A DNA stretch of 64,000 nt from an uncultured Chloroflexia bacterium (GTDB lineage Bacteria; Chloroflexota; Dehalococcoidia; Dehalococcoidales; UBA2162): contig CAVTJN010000005.1 in the NCBI GenBank assembly GCA_963735055.1, forward strand, positions 5,804 through 69,803. The letters run 5' to 3'. Positions 55,985 through 64,000 of the stretch are shown one piece after another. The notes beneath the pieces were generated by a model. The model saw only the letters and a program-made list of their open reading frames with translations, made no database searches and had not been told where the DNA came from. Position numbers and translations under genes: made by a program. Position 1 is the first letter of the stretch. Each line of letters starts with the position of its first letter.

Positions 55985-56953
55985 ATGACAGCAGGCAAAG
56001 ATATGGACGGGCGCTCGCTTTCCAACTATGACCTATGGGCATTATTGGACGCTGCCGGATTTGCCGTATATCGTTTGCGGGAATTAGAACTGGCCGAATT
56101 CGATCTGACCATAGAGCAGGCCGCAGTCCTGGGGTTGTTGAAGGCCGTACGCCGCGGCATGACCGTCGGGCAGATCAAGGATGTCACGCTACGGCAGCAG
56201 AATTCCATATCTGTCCTGACAAACAGGATGGTGACAATGGGCCTCGTGACCAAGGAACGGATGCCCGGAGACAGGGACCTGACAATCCTCATAACCCAGG
56301 AAGGACGTCGCCTCCTCAGGAAGATACCGGCGACGTGTCTTCAGGAGGCCTTTTCCGAATTGACCGAAGAAAGTAAGCGGGAATTGGCTCAATCGCTGAG
56401 TTCTCTCTACGGGAACGCTCGCAGTCTGCTCGTGCCCGACAAACCGCCCTTCATGCAATATCTCACTCGCGACCTTCCCGCTGCACCTCCTGCCGAAGAG
56501 GGCAACAGCGACAACACGACGTCCGATTACATGCTTTGGTCCCGCCTCGATAGCACACGATTTGCCATTTCCAGACTGCGGGAGCTTGAGTTGGCGCCCC
56601 TTGATTTGAGTGTGGAACAAGCCTCCGTCTTGAGAATCCTCATGAATGGGGTTGGGTCTTTGACATTCAAGGACATCGAAGACGCGAGTCTGCGCCAACA
56701 CCACTCGGTCTCCACTCTTGTCAACAGAATGACGAAAACGGGGCTTGTCCGCATGAAGACGGAGCCGGGCAGGAAGAGGAACCGGATCTTCATCACATCG
56801 AAGGGCAAGAACCTGCTGGCAGGGATCAAAACCATGGCAATAGACATGGTATTCACTTCCCTCCCAAGCAGTGAAAAGCGAGGACTCCGGGCATCGCTGC
56901 TTTCCGTCCACTGGAGAGCCCGCGACCTGTTGGGCGCTTCGAAATTGGGTTGA
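55985..56953 (+). CDS. Tandem (duplicated) MarR-type winged-helix regulator, a single-chain pseudo-dimer
   Basis: Two MarR-like repeats. Repeat 1: LWALLDAAGFAVYRLRELELAEFDLTIEQAAVLGLL...LTNRMVTMGLV. Repeat 2: MLWSRLDSTRFAISRLRELELAPLDLSVEQASVLRIL...LVNRMTKTGLV. Confidence 0.8.
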   Translation: MTAGKDMDGRSLSNYDLWALLDAAGFAVYRLRELELAEFDLTIEQAAVLGLLKAVRRGMTVGQIKDVTLRQQNSISVLTNRMVTMGLVTKERMPGDRDLTILITQEGRRLLRKIPATCLQEAFSELTEESKRELAQSLSSLYGNARSLLVPDKPPFMQYLTRDLPAAPPAEEGNSDNTTSDYMLWSRLDSTRFAISRLRELELAPLDLSVEQASVLRILMNGVGSLTFKDIEDASLRQHHSVSTLVNRMTKTGLVRMKTEPGRKRNRIFITSKGKNLLAGIKTMAIDMVFTSLPSSEKRGLRASLLSVHWRARDLLGASKLG

Positions 56954-56966
56954 TGGAGGGGCGAAC

Positions 56967-57425
56967 ATGGAACAGACGAAATATGGGAAGTACTTCATCA
57001 CCGACACTCCGCCTAACCCGAATCACCCCGAGAACCGGACGAAGGGCAGCTCTGTGCCGTGGGAGAATTCACTGTATATTAGTGAGGAGCTAAAGGGGAC
57101 CGTTAAAGGCGCCTTCTACCTGGAGACCAACATGGTGCTGCGGACTGGCACAATAGATCTTGTGAGCAAGTCCCACAGCCATCCCTTTGACGAGTATCTG
57201 ATGTTCCTTGGAACCAACCCTGAAGACCAGTTTGATCTGGGGGGAGAGGTAGAGTTCTGGGTCGGAGATGAAAAGCACTTGATCACCAGGACTTGTGCCG
57301 TCTTTGTGCCCGGCTCGATTCCTCACTGTCCCCTCTTTTTCCGTAGAGTGGACCGGCCGTTCATGTTCATCACCACCGGAAACACGCTCGGATACGGCTA
57401 CGATGGCGACAACAGGCAGCAATGA
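56967..57425 (+). CDS. Cupin domain protein
   Basis: GGAGGGG Shine-Dalgarno site. Metal motif KSHSHPFDEY...GEVEFWVGDEKH...PGSIPHCP. 152 aa. Confidence 0.7.
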   Translation: MEQTKYGKYFITDTPPNPNHPENRTKGSSVPWENSLYISEELKGTVKGAFYLETNMVLRTGTIDLVSKSHSHPFDEYLMFLGTNPEDQFDLGGEVEFWVGDEKHLITRTCAVFVPGSIPHCPLFFRRVDRPFMFITTGNTLGYGYDGDNRQQ

Positions 57426-57548
57426 AACCCTGGCGGCAATAGGGATCCGCCCAAACGATACGGAAGGGGACACCGCCATACTGGCCAGAGAGCCGGTATC
57501 CGTCTGAGCCGCATAGGTCTATGCCATGAATGGCATCTATCCAATATA

Positions 57549-57577
57549 TTGACATACCCGTAAGGAAGTGCTATCCT
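57549..57577 (+). promoter_or_regulatory. Promoter TTGACA-N17-(TGc)TATCCT
   Basis: TTGACA at 57549-57554 and TATCCT at 57572-57577, ~80 nt before the ATG at 57658. Confidence 0.6.
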
Positions 57578-57657
57578 CGTCGCGATTTGCCGGTACCCAC
57601 GAGGAGACACCGCCAGCAAAAGCAAAGAGGCCACACGAGGTCGGGGAGGATACAGGG

Positions 57658-59469
57658 ATGAATAAGAAATTGTTGCGTTTGTCTTTAGTCTGTGTTTTGT
57701 CAGCCGTCGTGCTCCTGGCAGCCTGTAGCACCCCCGCAGCCACCACGACACAACCATCCACCACCGCGCCAGCGTCCCAGACTCCAACCGCGACCCCTCA
57801 GGGTACAACCCCCACAACAGCAGAGAAGCCCAAGTACGGCGGAGTCATCAGCATTCCTCTCAGCGCAGACATAGTCAACTTCGAAGAGATGTATGGTTGG
57901 CATCCCGGCGCCGCGCTTCTCAAGCTGACTAATGAAGAGCTTTTGACCGGCGACTGGAAGATCGGGCCCGCTGGCACCAATGAGGTGGATTGGGCGATCA
58001 GAGGCACCGACCGGTTCGCACAGAAGGACGGAGCGCTGGCTGAAAGCTGGGAATACCCGGAAATAGGCACCGCCATCTATAAGATCCGTAAGGGCGTACG
58101 ATGGGCGCTGAATCCCAAGAGCGAGGCCAGCCGCCTCGTGAACGGCCGCGAGCTAACGGCTGAGGATATTGTCTGGACGCTCCAGACATACATTACTTTC
58201 CCCAGGGCGTACCTCTACTCTCAGCCCGGTCTGAAGGAAGCTAAGATAACGGCCCTTGACAAGTATACGGTGCAGATCAAGGTCGCGCCTGAGTACTTCG
58301 AACCCGGAATCAGTCGCTTCCAGGATTTCGCGAGTATCGTACCCAAGGAAGTAGTCGACAAATACGGTTCGATGCAAGATTGGCGGACCTCGGTTGGTAC
58401 TGGTGCATTCATGCTGACCGACTTCATTGCCGGCAGTTCGGCGACGTTTGTAAGAAACCCGGGTTACTGGCAGACCGACCCCACAGGGCCGGGCAAAGGG
58501 AATCAACTGCCCTATCTGGACGGAGTCAAGTACATAATCATCACCGACGCCTCGTCCCGTGAGGCCGCGTTCAGAACCGCTAAGATCGACATGTATACTT
58601 CTGCTGATTGGGAGACAGGCGCCCGGCTCACCAAGGAAAACGCCAAGCTGGTCTACAAGAAGCACGCGCAAGATACCACGCCCAACAACACGATGATGAG
58701 AACGGACAAAGCTCCGTTCAACGACAAGCGAGTCCGGCGCGCGCTGATGATGGCAACTGATTTCGAGTCAATCAAGAAGGACCTATTCGGCGGAGAGGCC
58801 GATATTATTACCTGGCCGGTGACTCCGGTCAGGGAATACAAGGCGGCCTATCTTTCCCTTGAAGAATCGCCCGCTTCAGTCAAGGAGCTGTACACCTACA
58901 ATCCGACCAAAGCAAAGGCACTCCTCGCCGAAGCCGGCTACCCCAACGGCTTCAAGACCACGGTGACTGCCCAGAACCTCGCTGAGCGAGTGGACTACTA
59001 CTCGGTGATCAAGAACATGTGGTCCAAGGTTGGAGTTGAAATTACGATCGACTTGAAGGAACTCGCCGTTTGGGAGTCCATCACCGGAGCGAGGACGTAC
59101 GAAGGCATGATTCACAGCCACACCGCACCGTGCGGAGGCATATACCGGATGATCAATTACAGGGGGGTAGGCCGCACAAACGGAAGCTACATCGATGACC
59201 CTTACGTGGAAGAGATGTATCCCAAGATCCAGGCGGCATATATCCAGAATCCGCCCGAAGCCGACCGCCTCCACAAAGAGCTGATGAAGTATGTGCTGGA
59301 CCAGGCCTGGGTAATCCCCACCCCGCTGCCCCCCCTGTACCACATATGGTGGCCGTGGGTGAAGAACTTCCGGGGGGAACTCAGCCCCGGCTATGACAAC
59401 ACCAACAAGTTCACGTACTTCACGTGGATGGACCAGGACCTCAAAGAGCAGATGACCGGTAGAAGGTAG
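57658..59469 (+). CDS. Family-5 substrate-binding lipoprotein
   Basis: Start at MNKKLLRLSLVCVLSAVVLLAACSTP after GGGGAGGA. Thr/Pro linker, PKYGG, NPGYWQTDPTGPGKGNQLPYLD. Confidence 0.9.
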   Translation: MNKKLLRLSLVCVLSAVVLLAACSTPAATTTQPSTTAPASQTPTATPQGTTPTTAEKPKYGGVISIPLSADIVNFEEMYGWHPGAALLKLTNEELLTGDWKIGPAGTNEVDWAIRGTDRFAQKDGALAESWEYPEIGTAIYKIRKGVRWALNPKSEASRLVNGRELTAEDIVWTLQTYITFPRAYLYSQPGLKEAKITALDKYTVQIKVAPEYFEPGISRFQDFASIVPKEVVDKYGSMQDWRTSVGTGAFMLTDFIAGSSATFVRNPGYWQTDPTGPGKGNQLPYLDGVKYIIITDASSREAAFRTAKIDMYTSADWETGARLTKENAKLVYKKHAQDTTPNNTMMRTDKAPFNDKRVRRALMMATDFESIKKDLFGGEADIITWPVTPVREYKAAYLSLEESPASVKELYTYNPTKAKALLAEAGYPNGFKTTVTAQNLAERVDYYSVIKNMWSKVGVEITIDLKELAVWESITGARTYEGMIHSHTAPCGGIYRMINYRGVGRTNGSYIDDPYVEEMYPKIQAAYIQNPPEADRLHKELMKYVLDQAWVIPTPLPPLYHIWWPWVKNFRGELSPGYDNTNKFTYFTWMDQDLKEQMTGRR

Positions 59470-59517
59470 ATCCCTCGCCGGAGTACTGCTGATCTTTGCG
59501 GAAACCAGAGCGCACAA

Positions 59518-59551
59518 AAAGGACAGTCCTTCTTCCGAAGGACTGTCCTTT
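59518..59551. terminator. Perfect 15-bp stem-loop between convergent genes. It acts as an intrinsic terminator on the minus strand (T5 follows) and is weaker on the plus strand.
   Basis: AAAGGACAGTCCTTC-TTCC-GAAGGACTGTCCTTT. It is preceded by an A5 run on the plus strand, which reads as a T5 run after the hairpin on the minus strand. Confidence 0.7.
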
Positions 59552-59780
59552 CCACTAGCAGGCCGATCGGTAGCGGAATCCTGTCACACCCCAAGCCGAC
59601 TCAACACTTCGTCAGATTGTCGATCTCCTCCGGCCATCACGAACTTAGTGCAGGTAACGGAGACAACAAAGCCACCGGTGTCAGGATTGTTATTACTCTA
59701 CCTGATTAATGATTTGCCCGCCATCAACCAGGTCCCATCCCACGTTGTTGAGTCTGTTCTTCATCTTGCTGGGCTGCCTG

Positions 59781-61568
59781 TCAGTCTTGTTCCGCCGGGT
59801 GGCTGCGGCCTGACTTGGTCAGTGTGGCCCCTCTGATCACGTTTGTCTTGTGCGCGGTTCGGAAATACGACATCCCGAAAGAGTAGCCCGGTATGCTCCC
59901 AGACACGATAATGTGGATGTCTTCCGGGTTCACCACGGGCACCTTTCCACCTGGTCTGAGTGACTCCTTGATGACGGGCACGCGGTGCTGCGGGACCGCA
60001 TCGTGCGGATAGAAGATGTCTATATCCGGGGGCTTGGTGTTAATTCTGTCGTTTATGCCCTGTATTTCTTGCCCGCTGAGTTCTTCGTACGGCACCTTCG
60101 TCGTCTGGTACAGGTAGTCTCGGAGGCTTCGCTTGGTCTCAAAACCAAGGCGCGTCAGCATGATGGCGAACTCCGGGTGAATGACGATGATGTGCTTCCG
60201 GAGATGGGCCGCCGGGTTAGCCACGCCAAGCTTGTACCGACCGAAGGTGCCCCGGTCAGCCGCCACGTCTTTCACGATCTCGCCAAGGACCGCCCTGGCG
60301 TCCCAGGGCTCAACCACGCCTCCGCCATAGATCCTGATGCCGGTGCCGCCTCCGCTCGTGACAGTGTCCACGGTCACGCAGCTGTCATCCGGTCGATATT
60401 CGAGGTCGGCATTGAACGTTTCCCACGGGCTCTGTTCCACGTTCTCGGCGAAGACATAGAAGGTGTGCGCCGATGGGCGGCCGATGAGGGCCATGTCGAT
60501 CTCTCCCGGCCACAGGTAGCCGATGTTAATCAGGCTTAATCTCACGGCACGGCCGATGGTGTTATTGGCCCGCCAGCCATGACCAAGCAGACCGACTCCG
60601 CAGTTCATCCCAATCTCCCTGGCAATCGGGCCGCTTACCATCATGGACAGAGTGAAGGACCCCTCCGAGCTCATCATATGAGTGAAAGTGCCCTCTTCAA
60701 CCAGGCATTCCATCGCCGTGATTATCACCGGCAAGTACTCGGGCCTGGCCCCCGCCATCACCGCGTTGATGGCCATCTTTTCGACAGTGGCGATGCCGTT
60801 CCGGTACGGCACCCGTCCGATGACTTCGCCTGGAGCACGATTGGTCCCGGCCAGCATCCGTCTGACGGCGCGTGCCGTCGGAGGCAACAGGGGCAACCCG
60901 TCTCCCATGTGCTTATCGAGGTACAGCTGGTTGAACAGCTCTATGGCAGACTCATAGCTCTCGGCAGTGACTCTGACTGTCCTGGCCGGCTTCTTGGAGG
61001 CCTTCAGCTTCGGATTCCTCTCTTCAGGTGTCAGCGGCCGGGTCAGGGCGTCAATAATGCTGTCAATGGACGCTTCGGCAACCGGTCTGATCGCTTCCAC
61101 AGTCAGCCGGTTCGGGTAGTAGTCTATCGAGGGAAGGCTCACGATGCGCAGGGCAGGCATCCCGGCATCCTCGGCCGACATCCTGGCAGTATGAGTAGCG
61201 TTGTCACCGACCACGAAGACACCGGGTTTACCGAGTCTTTCCAGGGCGACCACCTGCCGGCACTGGATCCAGCCGCCCATCCCGTTGTCGCCGACCCCGT
61301 AGATGAAGGTATCCACCTCCCTCTTTGCTTTGGCCGCCGCCTCGGCGTCTCCCCAGACAAGCCGCGTGATCGTTGCGGTGGGATACCTCTGCTTCAGCAG
61401 CTCTTCTACTGCGATGCAGAAATTGTCCCCGCCTTTTTTGCCGTCCCAGATGATGCCGATCTTTTTGCCGGCGAGGTCCGGGACACGTTGACTGACCAGG
61501 CCCGAAGGCGCCGGGACCTCGATTACGCCCTGCGGGTTGAGACACACCAGTGACACTTGCTTCTTCAT
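59781..61568 (-). CDS. Large uncharacterised protein (595 aa), paralogue A: an N-terminal ~190-aa alpha/beta domain plus a ~400-aa C-terminal domain of unknown function
   Basis: Long ORF with good codon structure. Conserved block GDGLPLLPPTARAVRRMLAGT...VEKMAINAVMAGARPEYLPVII shared with the divergent neighbour. Confidence 0.7.
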   Translation of the reverse strand: MKKQVSLVCLNPQGVIEVPAPSGLVSQRVPDLAGKKIGIIWDGKKGGDNFCIAVEELLKQRYPTATITRLVWGDAEAAAKAKREVDTFIYGVGDNGMGGWIQCRQVVALERLGKPGVFVVGDNATHTARMSAEDAGMPALRIVSLPSIDYYPNRLTVEAIRPVAEASIDSIIDALTRPLTPEERNPKLKASKKPARTVRVTAESYESAIELFNQLYLDKHMGDGLPLLPPTARAVRRMLAGTNRAPGEVIGRVPYRNGIATVEKMAINAVMAGARPEYLPVIITAMECLVEEGTFTHMMSSEGSFTLSMMVSGPIAREIGMNCGVGLLGHGWRANNTIGRAVRLSLINIGYLWPGEIDMALIGRPSAHTFYVFAENVEQSPWETFNADLEYRPDDSCVTVDTVTSGGGTGIRIYGGGVVEPWDARAVLGEIVKDVAADRGTFGRYKLGVANPAAHLRKHIIVIHPEFAIMLTRLGFETKRSLRDYLYQTTKVPYEELSGQEIQGINDRINTKPPDIDIFYPHDAVPQHRVPVIKESLRPGGKVPVVNPEDIHIIVSGSIPGYSFGMSYFRTAHKTNVIRGATLTKSGRSHPAEQD

Positions 61569-61742
61569 CTCCTCTCACCCCTTCCTGGAAACCTTCGTGA
61601 TGTGCCGACATTATGCCATTATTGGCTTAACTTTTCTACCGAAAGAGGCCGGCAGGCGGGCTTTGCATCCGGGGGCAAATGCATGTTACCCTTTGCGCAG
61701 CCGGCAAGGCCGGAAAGAGACCAACGGAGGATAGAGACTGAA

Positions 61743-63523
61743 ATGGCAAGCAGGAAAGTGACGGTCTTGAACCCGAGAGGTAGACCTGGCCCGATACAAC
61801 TGGTGCCGATGGCGCCACGGCTCAAGACCCTTGAAGGCAAGACAGTCTACATCGTTGACATGAATTTCCCGCGGACACACCAGTTCTTTGAAGAAATGCA
61901 GAAGACGCTCGCGAACAGATACCCCAGGACGATCTGGGTCCTCAGGGTGAAGGTGGGCACTTACTTCAACAATGACCCAGATCTGTGGGCCGAGATCAAG
62001 GCCAAAGGCGACGCAGTGATCATCGGAATCGGGCAGCTGGACACGTGTGCGCCGTCGGTCATCATCTTCTGCTCGATACTCGAGAAGCTAGGGCTGCCGA
62101 CGGCGCCTGTCGTCACCCAGGCGTTTCCCGACCTCATCAGGAACTTCGCCTACAAAAAAGGAATGCCCGGGCTGCGGTTCACCTTCGTTCCCCATCCCTT
62201 CGCAAACCGGCCGATCGAGGCACACCGACGGTATCTGGAAGGCGACGATCCGATCACCGGCAGACCAGTCATCGACGAAATCGTGTCGGCGTTGACCGCG
62301 CCTGCGACAGACGAGGAAACGAGGACAGGTACCGTCGAGAGGCCGGTGCCGAGGTTGCTGGGCCCGGACAGTCCGGAGCACCTGGAGCGCCTTTTTCTTG
62401 AGAGCGGACTGACTGACTACCTGCCGATCATACTTCCGACCGAAGAACGAGTCGCCGAAATGCTCGGCGGAACGAAGCACAAACCGGAAGAAGTGATTGG
62501 CCGGATGCAGCCCATTCCTCCTCACGAGGCCTGGGAGAACGCAACCAGGCAGCTTGGCGCCCGATCGGTGGGGAGAGGACCCCGGACCGAACACTCTCCG
62601 GTTGCCATGCAGCCCTCCCCCCCCACGAAGCCTGGGAATACACTGTTGAGCATGTCGCAATCAATGCCGTAATGGCAGGAGCCAGGCCGGAGCATCTCCC
62701 AGTAATATTGGCCATAGCTTCTACAGGGGTAACCTCGCTGTTCAGTTCCGCCACCTCCATGTGTAGGATGGTGGTCACCAACGGGCCAATTCGCAAAGAG
62801 ATAAATATGAATTTCGGGCTAAGTGCATTAGGTCCCTTCAACCAGGCTAACGCTGTCATTGGCAGGGCTTGGACACTCATGTCTAAGAATCTGGGCGGAG
62901 CAAGACCGGGTGAAACGTATCTGGGCGACATAGGCAACAACACTAACTACAACAATCTGTGTTGTGCAGAGAATGAAGAGGCATTACCTGAAGGATGGAA
63001 TCCCCTGCACGTACAAAAAGGCTATCAGCCGGAAGAGAGCGCTATCAGCATTCTGGGCGGGTGGAGCCTGCTTAACTATGCTGCATATAAACCGCATCCG
63101 CACCACCAGATTATGAAGGAGCAATTGACAAGTTTTGAGACCAGTGGAGCCGGCACTCATCATACTCTTGGACTAAACCCGGGAACTCAGGCTACTTTCA
63201 TATTGAGTCCGATTACTGCCGGAGATATGAAGAATGAAGGCTTCGATAGCAAGGAGCAGTTGGGCCGGTGGATAAAAGAAAACGCCCACATGACCGTCTG
63301 GACCTATTGGGCTGCCATGCCCGATGATCTAGAATCTGCCCGGGCAGGGGTTGAGCCGTTTGCCTCCTGGTTGAAACTCCCGCCGGGAGCGAAAACAACA
63401 CATCCGCTAATCCTTAATAATGCCACGGTTGAGATCATGGTGGTGGGAGGAGGCGCCGATGCGTTCTGGATGGCCGGAGACTTCAATTGTATGGCAACAG
63501 CCTCCGTGGATAAGTGGAGGTAA
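61743..63523 (+). CDS. Large uncharacterised protein, paralogue B (frameshift at the C8 run 62617-62624 and a 34-codon internal insertion)
   Basis: Track ORFs 61557..62672 and 62672..63523. Start taken at MASRKVTVLNPRG (ATG 61743, GGAGG upstream). The two frames rejoin as ..MQPSPPHEAWEYTVEHVAINAVMAGARPEHLPVIL.. if the C8 run is read as C9. Confidence 0.7.
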
Positions 63524-63698
63524 ACGGTCAGAATCTTCCTTTCCGCATAAGGAGTTCAAGATAACGGGTTGGGACGGTCGATTCGGGTATTTCCCGGATA
63601 TCACCATGGGTTAAGAAGTCAGTAGCTTATGGCAATCAACTGTTAATAATTTCCAAAGCAATGGTTCATAATTGTGATTTGATGGTAAGGAGAACAAT

Positions 63699-64000
63699 AT
63701 GGCATTAGAGTTCACAAGAGCAGAGGCAAAACAGTGGGCTAAGAAGAATCTAACGGGACTAGAGGGCGTCATTCATGCGTCATATACACCGGACCTTTGT
63801 GGACTGGATGAGGAAGGCATCAGGTGGGATGTTCAATACCTGATCGCCAACAAGCTGAGCTGTATCTTGTGCGCCGTGGAAGCCTCGGCAATGACCTTTG
63901 AAGAGCGCAAGGAATTTGTGGAGATAGTATGCGATGAAGCCAAAGGCAAGATCCACGTATCAATGACCATATTGCAGAATACCATCGAAGAGGATATTGA
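63699..64000 (+). CDS. Dihydrodipicolinate synthase/N-acetylneuraminate lyase family (class I aldolase)-like protein, N-terminal part only
   Basis: AGGAGAA Shine-Dalgarno site, then MALEFTRAEAKQWAKKNLTGLEGVIHASYTPDLCGLDEEGIRWDVQYLI... The ORF is open to the window end. The family call rests on a short N-terminal pattern only. Confidence 0.45.
   Translation, partial: MALEFTRAEAKQWAKKNLTGLEGVIHASYTPDLCGLDEEGIRWDVQYLIANKLSCILCAVEASAMTFEERKEFVEIVCDEAKGKIHVSMTILQNTIEEDI

Noticed and set aside
62505-62640. Programmed translational bypass (hop) between the matched HEAWE-coding repeats
   Set aside because: The idea is tempting because of matching take-off and landing-like sequences and an intervening structure. 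However, no stop codon follows the first copy, and a simple C8/C9 indel plus an insertion explains the data. There is no supporting evidence.

Overview
High-GC bacterial chromosome fragment. It has sigma70-type TTGACA/TATAAT promoters (often with an extended -10 TGn), Shine-Dalgarno sites, and lipobox lipoproteins tethered by long Thr/Pro linkers. The gene content is reminiscent of Chloroflexota, but that is inference only. The window falls into three parts.

(1) 1-3.7 kb and 11.2-21.6 kb hold miscellaneous and housekeeping genes:
- an MTHFR-family gene, a SAM methyltransferase and a small dihaem cytochrome c lipoprotein
- an ABC-2 exporter, DUF302, RpiB and an RNase II-family (RNB) gene
- a Cys-rich 4Fe-4S protein, HypA, PAC2, an alpha/beta hydrolase and a MATE pump

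(2) 3.7-11.2 kb is a visibly AT-richer ~7.4-kb element integrated in tRNA-Gly(GCC).
- It is bounded by a 58-bp direct repeat.
- Its tyrosine integrase appears to be partitioned by the integration event. The catalytic part lies at attL without a start codon, and an HTH N-terminal part reads through attR in the same frame. This is the arrangement I know only from archaeal SSV-type integrases.
- Cargo is a RepA-like ATPase, two GIY-YIG proteins, a decayed IS1182-like transposase and small secreted or membrane proteins.

(3) 21.7-64 kb is a large catabolic region containing:
- six orphan family-5 solute-binding lipoproteins, with no permease or ATPase partner in the window
- an IclR regulator and a single-chain tandem MarR regulator
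- an FAD oxidoreductase and a 2-hydroxyacid dehydrogenase
- two family-III CoA-transferases
- a pyrogallol-transhydroxylase-like molybdoenzyme (alpha and beta subunits) and a URO-D-family protein
- an 8-gene beta-oxidation-like operon: two long/short acyl-CoA dehydrogenase pairs, a crotonase, an SDR, an SCP-x-type thiolase and an HMGS-like::DUF35 fusion
- a cupin
- a divergent pair of large uncharacterised paralogues

At the start of part (3), at 21.7-22.3 kb, a 259-bp unit encoding a 55-aa Cys-rich peptide is tandemly duplicated.

Six genes carry +/-1 frameshifts, most at short homopolymers. This looks more like assembly indels than real decay. No CRISPR array and no rRNA were seen.
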